Source: Neoehrlichia mikurensis
GTDB taxonomy: Bacteria > Pseudomonadota > Alphaproteobacteria > Rickettsiales > Anaplasmataceae
Length of the DNA stretch: 24,000 nt
Assembly (NCBI RefSeq): GCF_019186785.1
Contig: NZ_CP066557.1
Location: 740,012-764,011, forward strand
Direction of reading: 5' to 3'
Of this stretch, positions 1 to 8,113 are shown one piece after another (position 1 is the first letter of the stretch; each line of letters starts with the position of its first letter). The translations under genes and the position numbers were made by a program. The notes below the pieces were generated by a model. It was not told the origin of the DNA. It was given only the letters and a program-made list of their open reading frames with translations, and made no database searches.

Positions 1-1163
1 AGAAAGGAGATTTAACATTTCGCATTAAAAATGGCAAAGTTGGAGAAGAAATGTCTACACTTGCACGTGCATTTAATCAAATGACGTTAAAACTTAGCAA
101 GCAACGTGCGCAACTTATTAATGTATATCGAGATATTAATGAAAGAAAAGAGTTTATAGAAGCTGTATTATCAGGAATATCTTCAGGTGTAATAGCAGTA
201 ACTTGCGATCTAATTATTACTTTAGTGAATAATAAAGCGCAAGAACTATTATCGCCTTGTAATATTGTGTATAGTTCTTTGGATGAGATTTTCCCTGAAA
301 TGTCTCAGTTAATAAAAAATAATGTGTTAAAAGGCGAGATAACAGTTTTAAGAGATAGAAAATCTTTTACTTTATTAGTAAGAATTGAAAAATTAAGTGA
401 TATATCTAAAGGTTATATTATTACATTTGATGATATTTCAAAACTTGTTGAAGCTCAGAGGATGGCTGCATGGTCTGATGTTGCGAGAAAAATTGCTCAT
501 GAAATAAAGAATCCCATTACTCCTATTTATCTTGCAGCTGAAAGATTGAGTAGTAAATATTGTAAAGAAATAACTTCAGATAAAGATACTTTTAATAAAT
601 ATATTAGTACCATAATGAGGCATACTATTAGCATTCGTAATATTGTTGATGAATTTGCAAAATTTGCTAGAATGTCAGATCCTGTGTTTGTTATTTGTGA
701 TATTTGTCATTTACTTGACGAAATCATTTTTTCTGGGCAATTTAGCAGTAAAGTAATACAGTATAAAATTGTAGCTCCAAAATTGCCTGTTTATGTTTTT
801 GTGGACGAAACTCAAATTAATCATGTTTTTATTAATATATTTAAAAATGCTTGTGAGTCAATAGATGCAAAATGTCAGGTAGATGGTGTGATTTTAATTT
901 CAATATTTGAAAAAGGTGATTATGTTGTTGTAGAAGTACAGGATAATGGCATTGGATTCCCGGAAGAATTAATGAATAAATTGACAGAACCATATGTTAC
1001 TACACGTAGTCAAGGTACAGGATTAGGACTTGCAATAGTAAAAAAAATTTTAGATGAGCATAACGCGACTATAGAATTTTTTAATGTGAGAGATGGAGGA
1101 TTAGTTAGGATAATGTTTACTAGATATAAAAACAATGAAGTAGTGGTGCAGCAGATATGTTAA
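1..1163 (+). CDS. ntrY: Sensor histidine kinase, NtrY-like. This is the C-terminal part; the 5' end lies upstream of the window.
   Basis: The frame of the listed ORF stays open back to nt 3 (KGDLTFRIKNGKVGEEMSTLARAFNQM, a HAMP-like end). It is followed by a PAS-like segment, the H-box HEIKNPITPI, the N-box NIFKNACES, G1 DNGIGF and G2 GTGLGLAI. The stop overlaps the rnd start. Confidence 0.85.
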   Translation, partial: KGDLTFRIKNGKVGEEMSTLARAFNQMTLKLSKQRAQLINVYRDINERKEFIEAVLSGISSGVIAVTCDLIITLVNNKAQELLSPCNIVYSSLDEIFPEMSQLIKNNVLKGEITVLRDRKSFTLLVRIEKLSDISKGYIITFDDISKLVEAQRMAAWSDVARKIAHEIKNPITPIYLAAERLSSKYCKEITSDKDTFNKYISTIMRHTISIRNIVDEFAKFARMSDPVFVICDICHLLDEIIFSGQFSSKVIQYKIVAPKLPVYVFVDETQINHVFINIFKNACESIDAKCQVDGVILISIFEKGDYVVVEVQDNGIGFPEELMNKLTEPYVTTRSQGTGLGLAIVKKILDEHNATIEFFNVRDGGLVRIMFTRYKNNEVVVQQIC

Positions 1164-2311
1164 TTAGCTCAACAGATGAGTTAAAAAAGTTTTGTGATTT
1201 AATATTAAAAGATCATCCTCAATATATAGCTGTTGATACAGAGTTCATGCGTAGCTATAAAGAGTATTATCCCAAATTATGTTTGATACAAATAGCCTAT
1301 CATAGTCAAAAATGTATTATTGATGTTTTAGAAGAGAACTTAGACTTATCGCCATTAAAAAGTATATTTTATAATAAAAATATTACAAAAGTATTTCATG
1401 ATTGTAGACAAGATTTAGAAGCTTTATCAACGAGGTTTTCTCAGAGTCCTAGCCCAATTTTTGATACTCAAATTGCTGCAATGTTATGTAATTATTATGA
1501 TAATGCGGTAAGTTATTCAAAATTAGTTGAGCAGTTTTTGGGAATAACATTAGATAAATTGTTATTAAAGAAAACTAACTGGATGCTGCGTCCTTTATCA
1601 CAAAATAAAATAGATTACGCTTTGGATGATGTAGTATACTTATATCAACTTTATGCTAAAATTTACGAAAGACTTGTATCTCATGAAAGATTATTGTGGT
1701 TTTTTGAAGAAATGCAAGCAATAGAGGTTAATAAGATAAATTATGATGCTATTTTTGATGGATTGAAATTTGTTCATAATATTACAGAAGATTACATTTT
1801 AATAGCAAAGTATATAGTTGAATGGCGTGAAAAATTAGCAAGACATTTTAATGTGAATCGTAACATTATTATCAATAATCAATCTCTTTTATACTTAATT
1901 CGTGATCTTGCATGTGGAAAAGATATTAGTGTTATAAAACAATACGTTAAAGAAGAATATTTACAAGATATACTATTAAATGAATTTATTGTTGTAAAAA
2001 ATTGTGATTATCAATATACAAAATTTTGCGGATCTATGAGTTATGATCAATCTGTATTAAGCACATTAATAGTGTTTTTACATAGTCTATGTTATGAAAA
2101 TAATATATCATATAGATTAGTAGCTTCTAAAAATGATTTAATCAAATTTATTAATCAAAAAACAGGTCCTATAATTAATGGGTGGAGATATGAATTTTTT
2201 GGAAAGTATGTGGAAAATTTTATAAATGGCAAGTCAAATATAGTATCGTCAATAAAAATTCAAGATTCTAATTACATCGGTATTTTGACAAAACTGACAG
2301 ATAACATTTAA
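1157..2311 (+). CDS. rnd: Ribonuclease D (DEDD 3'-5' exonuclease plus HRDC-type C-terminus)
   Basis: 384 aa. It has the ExoI motif AVDTEF, then HDCRQDLEAL, then YALDDVVYL, at a length typical of RNase D. Its ATG overlaps the ntrY stop by 7 nt (ATGTTAA). Confidence 0.85.
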   Translation: MLISSTDELKKFCDLILKDHPQYIAVDTEFMRSYKEYYPKLCLIQIAYHSQKCIIDVLEENLDLSPLKSIFYNKNITKVFHDCRQDLEALSTRFSQSPSPIFDTQIAAMLCNYYDNAVSYSKLVEQFLGITLDKLLLKKTNWMLRPLSQNKIDYALDDVVYLYQLYAKIYERLVSHERLLWFFEEMQAIEVNKINYDAIFDGLKFVHNITEDYILIAKYIVEWREKLARHFNVNRNIIINNQSLLYLIRDLACGKDISVIKQYVKEEYLQDILLNEFIVVKNCDYQYTKFCGSMSYDQSVLSTLIVFLHSLCYENNISYRLVASKNDLIKFINQKTGPIINGWRYEFFGKYVENFINGKSNIVSSIKIQDSNYIGILTKLTDNI

Positions 2312-2444
2312 ATTAAGTATTTTTATATTACATATTATTATTTGTATTCCATTATGTTACTAATAACTATAAATTAATAATTATGTTAAATAAGAGGATA
2401 TTGTTATCATTTAATATAAATAATTTAAATAGTATTTTGATAGG

Positions 2445-2810
2445 AATAATACTTATTAGGGTTACTTTTTGTAAACAGTTTAATAACTATTTAACAACCT
2501 TTAAAAAGTTATTAAGAGAATGTTTAGTACTAGCAAGTACGGAAAAGTTGTAAAAGTACTGTAGATTTTGTAAGTATAAAGTTCCATAAAGTACATTATG
2601 GGACTATACTTTTGTATTGAAAATATTTTATGAATTAGAGTGAAAAAATTGTTAAAAGCAAAAAAGTATAATACTTAAGGGTCATATATACTTTTGGGAA
2701 GCTAGAATTTTATAATAAAGTACATTATGAAATTATGTTTTTGCACTAAAAATGGTTTCTCTAAACTAATGTGGAAAAAAATTTTATTAAAGGGCAAGAA
2801 GTTTTTTAAC
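2445..2810. repeat. Degenerate tandem repeat with a period of about 129 bp. There are two clear units and a probable third, more diverged unit.
   Basis: The 15-mer ataaagtacattatg occurs at 2586-2600 and 2715-2729. The following ~80 nt align at roughly 65% identity by hand (gggactatacttttgtattgaaaat versus aaattatgtttttgcactaaaaat). The stretch 2451-2480 (acttattagggttactttttgta) resembles the unit start acattatgggactatacttttgta. Confidence 0.5.
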
Positions 2811-3292
2811 GTAACTAGTACTATGCAATCATATGGAGCTAAGAATTGATAGATTTATACACAAAATATAATAACCGCAGCATATGCAAATATGGAAGTA
2901 ATATTTTCATCAGCTTTATACAATTTATATTAAATAAGCTTATTTCCTTTTTGTTATTACTACTTTTTGAGTATATATGCTGTAATGTTGTCAAAGTTAT
3001 ATGATGAGCTTACTAATATTATAAAAATTTTCGAAATTATAGTACTATCTTAATATATAAAGTATTTATCAATACAATAATTATTGTAAGAACTTTTTAT
3101 GTAATACAGTTATATAGTATTATATGCATTCAAACAATTATATATTTTATAATGATGTTTAGGATTATATAATCCAACAGGGGTTCTATATTTAAAAGTA
3201 ATTTACTTCAGTGATTTAGAAGGACGATGAACCTAATTAGTAAGCCTTTAGTATTGTATAAGTTTTACAGTAAAATCTGTTTTGTATAGCTG

Positions 3293-5293
3293 TTATCTTA
3301 TCATTGTAAGCCAAGCATCTTCATCAATAATTTGTATGTGTAGCTTTTTTGCTTTTTGATATTTTGATCCTGGATTACTTCCTACAACTAATAGATTTGT
3401 TTTTGTAGACAATGATGACTGTACTTTAGCACCTAGCTGTTCTGCTTGAAATTTTGCTTCAGTTCTTGACATATTTGAAAATGTACCAGTAAATACTATT
3501 ATTTTACCAGTAATGTTTGAGGTATTTGTAGAGTGCTCTTTATTTTTAGCATTGATTATATTTAATTTTTGCACAATCTTACTTAGAATATTAATATTTT
3601 GCTGTTCAGAAAAGAAAACTCTTAGAGATTCAATACTTTTTTTGCCTATACCGCTGATATTGATATTGTCCTTTAATAGTAGCATTGAAGCATACCAATT
3701 TTCATATGAAATATAATGTTGAGCTAGTGCTTTAGCAGTATTTTTACCAATAAATCTTATTCCTAGCGCAAAAATAAAATTTTCTAAACTTACATTTTTA
3801 CTATGACGTATTGCTTGCAGTAGATTAGCTATAGATTTTTTTCCCCATCCATGAGTATTTTCTAATTCCATATTATTAAGTTTTTCTTCTAGAGAAAAAA
3901 TATCATCAATACTGGTAATTAATGATTGTTCATAAAAAAACTCTAACTGCTTTTTACCAATGCCAATTATATTGAGTGCATCTCTAGAAACAAAATGTTT
4001 CATTTTTTCTAATATTTGATTTTTACAAGTTAGTTCTCCAGTACAGCGTAAAGCAACTGCTTGTTGATCTTTGTGTAGCTTACACCCACAAGATGGGCAA
4101 TGTGAGGGAAAGATAAATTTATGTGATTTTTTACTTCGTAAGCTTTTATCAACGTCAACAATTTGTGGTATAACATCACCAGCTCTTTTAACGGTAACAT
4201 AGTCACCTATACGTATGTCTTTACGAATTATTTCATCTTGATTGTGTAAATTTGCCCTTGATATTATTACTCCGCCTATGTTAATAGGTTCTAATTCTGC
4301 AATGGGGGTAATAACACCCGTTCTACCTACTTGTATAGAAATATTTTTTAATTGTGTTTTTGCTTCTGTTGATGGGAACTTGTGTGCTATTGCCCAGCGA
4401 GGGTATTTATTAGTTATTCCAAGTTTTTTTTGTAGGCTTATATTATTAATTTTATATATAACCCCATCGATATCATAGCTAATATTATGACGATTATTAT
4501 AAATTTTTTCGTAAAAATTTAAAGCCTCTTCAATATTACTTGTTGTATATGAGTTTTTGTTAACACAAAATCCCCAATTATCTAGTTGATGAAGGAGTTC
4601 TTCTTGTGTATTAATATTGTGATTAACTATTGAGTATACAAAGTACTTAAGATTGCGTGATTTTGTTATTTCATGGTTTAACTGACGGACAGATCCCGCT
4701 GCAGCATTACGTGGGTTTGCGAAATTACATGTTTTATTAATCTGTTTGAAATTATGACGATCCATGTATATTTCTCCTCGTACTTCTAACAGATGTGGTG
4801 CATTTTTTATAATATGAGGAATATCCTTGATTGTTTTAATATTTTGTGTGATATCTTCCCCAAAATACCCATTACCACGTGTTGATGCTTGTGTTAAGAC
4901 TCCATCTTTGTATAACATTGAGAACGATAATCCATCAATTTTTAGTTCGCATATTATTGTTAGTAGTTCATCATTGTTCATATGTAAGAAGCGTTTAGTT
5001 CTTGAAATAAATTTTTCTATGTCAGTTTTAGAAAAAGCATTTTCAAGTGACAACATAGGAGCTAGATGTTCTACTTTATAAAATTTTGTGTTGACCAGGG
5101 ATCCTATAGCATTTTTATAGTTATCATATTTTTCTAATTCTGGAAATTGTTCTAATAATTCTTTTTTAGACTTATATAACATATCATACTGAGCATCTGT
5201 AATTTCTGGATTATCATATCCATGATATAGCTTATCATGATATGCAAGCTGTTTGTTTAATTTTTCAAGTTCTAGCTTTTTTTGCTTTAGCAT
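3293..5293 (-). CDS. ligA: NAD-dependent DNA ligase
   Basis: 666 aa. It has the adenylation motif CELKIDGLS, the Cys4 zinc finger CPSCGCKL...CTGELTC, an HhH region, and a C-terminal BRCT-like [10 protein letters not shown]...LLVVG. Confidence 0.95.
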   Translation of the reverse strand: MLKQKKLELEKLNKQLAYHDKLYHGYDNPEITDAQYDMLYKSKKELLEQFPELEKYDNYKNAIGSLVNTKFYKVEHLAPMLSLENAFSKTDIEKFISRTKRFLHMNNDELLTIICELKIDGLSFSMLYKDGVLTQASTRGNGYFGEDITQNIKTIKDIPHIIKNAPHLLEVRGEIYMDRHNFKQINKTCNFANPRNAAAGSVRQLNHEITKSRNLKYFVYSIVNHNINTQEELLHQLDNWGFCVNKNSYTTSNIEEALNFYEKIYNNRHNISYDIDGVIYKINNISLQKKLGITNKYPRWAIAHKFPSTEAKTQLKNISIQVGRTGVITPIAELEPINIGGVIISRANLHNQDEIIRKDIRIGDYVTVKRAGDVIPQIVDVDKSLRSKKSHKFIFPSHCPSCGCKLHKDQQAVALRCTGELTCKNQILEKMKHFVSRDALNIIGIGKKQLEFFYEQSLITSIDDIFSLEEKLNNMELENTHGWGKKSIANLLQAIRHSKNVSLENFIFALGIRFIGKNTAKALAQHYISYENWYASMLLLKDNINISGIGKKSIESLRVFFSEQQNINILSKIVQKLNIINAKNKEHSTNTSNITGKIIVFTGTFSNMSRTEAKFQAEQLGAKVQSSLSTKTNLLVVGSNPGSKYQKAKKLHIQIIDEDAWLTMIR

Positions 5294-5625
5294 TGTACCA
5301 ATGTAATACCCTTTGACTTAATTAGTTCCTGCAACTCACCACTTTGATACATTTCACGTACTATGTCACATCCCCCTATAAACTCACCTTTTATGTATAA
5401 TTGTGGAATTGTTGGCCACTTTGTAAACTGTTTGATTGCTGTACGTAATTCTGGATCTTCCAATACGTTTATGCTTTTAAACGTAAGATTCATTTTTTGT
5501 AATATACTGACAACTAAACCAGAAAAGCCACATTGCGGAAATTCGCTAGTACCTTTCATGTAAAGTACTATATCATTATTTTCTATATCATGTTGTATTT
5601 TACTTATTATATTACTATTTTGCAT
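5287..5625 (-). CDS. grxD: Monothiol glutaredoxin (Grx4/Grx5 type, CGFS active site)
   Basis: It has the PQCGFS active site and the [19 protein letters not shown] motif. I place the start at the internal Met (MQNSNII...) because AGGAG lies 6 nt upstream (reverse complement of 5621-5640: gaattaggagtgcttatgca). The longer ORF to 5679 would overlap bolA by 38 nt. Confidence 0.85.
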   Translation of the reverse strand: MQNSNIISKIQHDIENNDIVLYMKGTSEFPQCGFSGLVVSILQKMNLTFKSINVLEDPELRTAIKQFTKWPTIPQLYIKGEFIGGCDIVREMYQSGELQELIKSKGITLVQC

Positions 5626-5641
5626 AAGCACTCCTAATTCT

Positions 5642-5863
5642 TTACTTCCATCCTGTATGTATTTGTACAGCATGGACATCTATTCCATTTAAAACTTCAT
5701 AAATCATTCTATGTTGTGCTATTTTACTTTTATTTTTAAAGTCTTCTGATAAAACTGTTATTGAATAATGATCATTATCATTAGCTAAACTACTAACACT
5801 AACTTGAGCGTTAGGAAATGCATTTTTAATTAATGTTTCTAATTCTAAACGTGTTATAGCCAT
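5642..5863 (-). CDS. bolA: BolA-family protein
   Basis: 73 aa, with a typical BolA core (...DHYSITVLSEDFKNKSKIAQHRMIY..L......HAVQIHT). It sits immediately upstream of a monothiol glutaredoxin, the canonical partner. Confidence 0.8.
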   Translation of the reverse strand: MAITRLELETLIKNAFPNAQVSVSSLANDNDHYSITVLSEDFKNKSKIAQHRMIYEVLNGIDVHAVQIHTGWK

Positions 5864-5909
5864 ACATCATAAGATTAATTAAACATGGTATTTATAACAC
5901 GTTTTTATA

Positions 5910-5941
5910 TTAAGGTAAATGCTTTATATTTTTTACCTTAA
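5910..5941. promoter_or_regulatory. Perfect 10-bp inverted repeat with a 12-nt loop, 47-78 nt upstream of the bolA start
   Basis: ttaaggtaaa (5910-5919) and tttaccttaa (5932-5941) are exact reverse complements. No T-run follows on either strand, so it is not a classical terminator. Its function is unknown. Confidence 0.2.
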
Positions 5942-6264
5942 CTATAAATAAATACTAATATCAAGGTATACTATGGTAATTTTATCACTTACTAAAAATA
6001 AAAATTTATTATGCATAAATCAAGTATTTTAAATATATTACTTTGAATATTATTTTAGTTAATGATGTATTATCATATTAAATTACTGGTTTTGTTTATG
6101 ATTTAAATAACGCTAAACTTAAAAAAATCCTATAACAAATCATATTTTCATAATTTTATAATAATTAAATATCATATTATTTTTTAAACATTATAAGCCT
6201 TTAAAGCGTAAATTTTTTTGAATGTGAGACCTACATATATATTAAAAGATCTTATATTCATAAA

Positions 6265-6926
6265 TTAATTAAGTATAAATTTAATACCAAGCTCACCCCC
6301 GAAATAATTAAAATCAAAACTAGCTTCAGCCACATGATCATCGGTAAATTTATTATTATTAGCTTGAGCAGCATTATTACCAAATTTAATAGGTTTATGA
6401 ATAACAGGGGTAATAAAAGTATTATCATGAGTAGCATGATAATAAGCATCAGCGAATATAGCTACGGAGTTAGATAAGAAGTAATTAACACCAGCTTTAG
6501 CTTGATAAGAGAATTTAACATGAGGCATATTAAGAGCTTTAACTAAACTAGCACCTACACCAGCACATAAGTAAGGAGAAATTTCACCATTTCCAAGAGC
6601 ATCGGAAGTAAAATCATAACACAAATTAATCATAGTAGCAGCAGCTGAAATATTAGAGTTCTTTATAACATAGTAATATTTATTATGGTTATTATTCTGA
6701 TCCGCCGGCTCAGCAGCTATCTCATCATTGGCATCTTTTAATTTAGCAGCAGCAGCGAAGTATTTATAAGCATTTTTAAGGGTACATTTATTAGAGTTTT
6801 TCAATTCAAAATTTTCAAAAGATCCTTCCAATTCAAGTCTAACACCATTAGGAGTAGAATAACCAATAAGTCCACTAAAACCAGCAAAACTATTATTATA
6901 AGTAGGTTTATAAAATCCTTTAAAAT
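6265..6926 (-). pseudogene. 5'-truncated OMP-1/P28/Msp2-superfamily surface antigen gene. It has the middle and intact C-terminus but no signal peptide or N-terminal strands.
   Basis: The minus-sense translation is ...NFKGFYKPTYNNSFAGFSGLIGYSTPNGVRLELEGSFENFELKN...TMINLCYDF...SPYLCAGVGASLV...KFSYQAKAGVNYF...FGGELGIKFILN*. This lines up block for block with Ehrlichia P28/MAP1 as I remember it (YSFKYENNPFLGFAGAIGYSMDGPRIELEVSYETFDVKN; MLNACYD; SPYICAGIGTDLV; KISYQGKLGLSY; FGIELGGRFAF). The listed ORF starts at a TTG (6829-6831). The frame stays open upstream to a stop at 6970-6972 without any ATG, and from 6927 onward it is simply the antisense of the other repeat arm. About 100 N-terminal residues of a normal family member are absent. 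Confidence 0.8.
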
Positions 6927-7404
6927 TACCCTTAAAAATGCTTATAAATATTTCGCTGCTGCTGCTAAATTAAAAGGTAACAATGATGAGATAGCTGCTG
7001 AGCCGGCGGATGAGAATAAGAACCATAATAAATATTACTATGTTATAAAGAACTCTAATATTTCAGCTGCTGCTACTATGATTAATTTATGTTATGATTT
7101 TACTTCCGATGCTCTTGGAAATGGTGAAATTTCTCCTTACTTATGTGCTGGTGTAGGTGCTAGTTTAGTTAAAGCTCTTAATATGCCTCATGTTAAATTC
7201 TCTTATCAAGCTAAAGCTGGTGTTAATTACTTCTTATCTAACTCCGTAGCTATATTCGCTGATGCTTATTATCATGCTACTCATGATAATACTTTTATTA
7301 CCCCTGTTATTCATAAACCTATTAAATTTGGTAATAATGGTGATGCTAATAATAATAAATTTACCGATGATCATGTGGCTGAAGCTAGTTTTGATTTTAA
7401 TTAT
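6304..7404. repeat. Large inverted repeat. The left arm is 6304-6784 (481 bp), the right arm is 6927-7404 (478 bp), and the unique spacer is 6785-6926 (142 bp).
   Basis: I aligned the reverse complement of the left arm against the right arm by hand. The differences are 7 single-base changes (right-arm positions 6951, 6977, 6979, 6980, 7012, 7020, 7089) plus one replaced patch (left 6361-6372 agcttgagcagc versus right 7339-7347 ggtgatgct). Everything else matched as I read it, giving roughly 97-98% identity. Confidence 0.9.
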
Positions 7405-7434
7405 GATAACCGTGCTGCAGGTTTATTTGATTAG
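6927..7434 (+). pseudogene. OMP-1/P28/Msp2-family gene fragment truncated at both ends; it is an inverted copy of the neighbouring fragment
   Basis: The plus-sense translation is TLKNAYKYFAAAAKLKGNNDEIAAEPADENKNHNKYYYVIKNSNISAAATMINLCYDF...FDFNY, then unrelated DNRAAGLFD*. It lacks everything N-terminal to TLKNAY and the terminal beta-strand (FGGELGIKF) that the left copy keeps. The only ATG in frame is internal, at 7078. Confidence 0.8.
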
Positions 7435-7615
7435 GATTAGAATGGTAAGAATTTTCTTTTTACTTGGGTTAGTAATTCTAGTAGCAAGTTTTCCATTAAT
7501 TAGTAGTTAGATTTCTAATATCCTAATTGCAAAAATCAGAAATTGATAAAATTGATAAAATTGTAGCTTTTTTATTTGTGGGTTAAAGTTATGGTGCTAA
7601 TATAATTTTTGTAAT

Positions 7616-8113
7616 TTATTTTTTTAATAAGTTAAGTATTTGGTTTTCCCATATTTCTAAAGTTATATTACCAGATATATGTAGGATAACTTTTCCATAT
7701 TTGTCAAAAACAAAAGTTTCTGGTACTCCTGTTACTCCAAATGCACTACCAGTTTTACCACTATAGTCAGCTGCAACGATTTTATATGGATTGCCATTTT
7801 CTTGTAACCAGGCTATAACATTGTTTTTAATATCAAGATAGCTTATCCCATAAATATCAACTATATTTTTTTGTGCAATCTCTAGCCATACTTTGTGTTC
7901 TTCTTTGCATGTTATGCACCATGATGCAAATATGTGAATTATATATGGGCTGCCTTTGAGATTACTGGTAGTAAATTGCTTATCTTCTTGTAGAAGATAT
8001 GGTAAAGTGAGATCGTATGACGGATTATTAAGATTTTTATTATATATTGCATATAAGAAAGTTGTAACTAATAATAAAAATATAATTAGTAATATAATAC
8101 ATATAGCTTTCAT
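7616..8113 (-). CDS. ccmG: Periplasmic thiol:disulfide oxidoreductase, CcmG/DsbE (TlpA family), for cytochrome c maturation
   Basis: 165 aa with an N-terminal membrane anchor, the WCITC redox motif and the CcmG-type GVTGVPETFVFD motif. The start overlaps the radA stop (ATGA at 8110-8113, minus sense). Confidence 0.85.
   Translation of the reverse strand: MKAICIILLIIFLLLVTTFLYAIYNKNLNNPSYDLTLPYLLQEDKQFTTSNLKGSPYIIHIFASWCITCKEEHKVWLEIAQKNIVDIYGISYLDIKNNVIAWLQENGNPYKIVAADYSGKTGSAFGVTGVPETFVFDKYGKVILHISGNITLEIWENQILNLLKK

Noticed and set aside
2383-2553. 56-codon ATG ORF in the rnd-ligA spacer (MLNKRILLSFNINNLNSILIGIILIRVTF...)
   Set aside because: It has no Shine-Dalgarno sequence, its Asn/Ile/Leu-rich composition is as expected from AT-rich non-coding DNA, and it overlaps the oldest repeat unit. 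I do not call it a gene.
2677-2691. Motif aagggtcatatatac, recurring as aagggtcattatatac at 14473-14488
   Set aside because: It is a 15-16-nt match with an indel, seen in only two places. That is too short to claim a dispersed repeat without genome-wide counting.
3513-5081. ORFs 3513-3716, 4242-4478 and 4827-5081 on the plus strand
   Set aside because: All three lie entirely antisense within the well-supported ligA CDS. Their products are low-complexity and hydrophobic with no recognisable motifs, so they are frame artefacts.
5363-5563. 66-aa plus-strand ORF
   Set aside because: It is antisense inside grxD and has no motif support.
5626-5679. N-terminal 18-codon extension of the grxD ORF (MSMLYKYIQDGSKELGVL)
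   Set aside because: It would overlap bolA by 38 nt. The internal ATG at 5625 has a good AGGAG Shine-Dalgarno sequence and gives a normal-length glutaredoxin.
6258-6449. Leu/Ile-rich 63-aa ORF (minus strand) and its twin within 7262-7510 (plus strand)
   Set aside because: Both are the same alternative frame of the duplicated OMP sequence. They appear twice only because the DNA is duplicated. The composition is a typical off-frame artefact of AT-rich coding DNA. Only the last 22 codons of 7262-7510 are discussed separately, as a possible signal-peptide relic.
6742-7077. Plus-strand frame that stays open from 6742 through the spacer into the right OMP fragment
   Set aside because: There is no ATG before 7078. 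The upstream part is just the antisense reading of the left copy and spacer (GTFIRVFQFKIFKRSF...) and has no protein-like features.
7540-7566. Short tandem 9-mer (aaattgata x2 plus a partial unit)
   Set aside because: It has only ~2.5 AT-rich copies between convergent gene ends. That is too short to separate from chance and has no obvious function.
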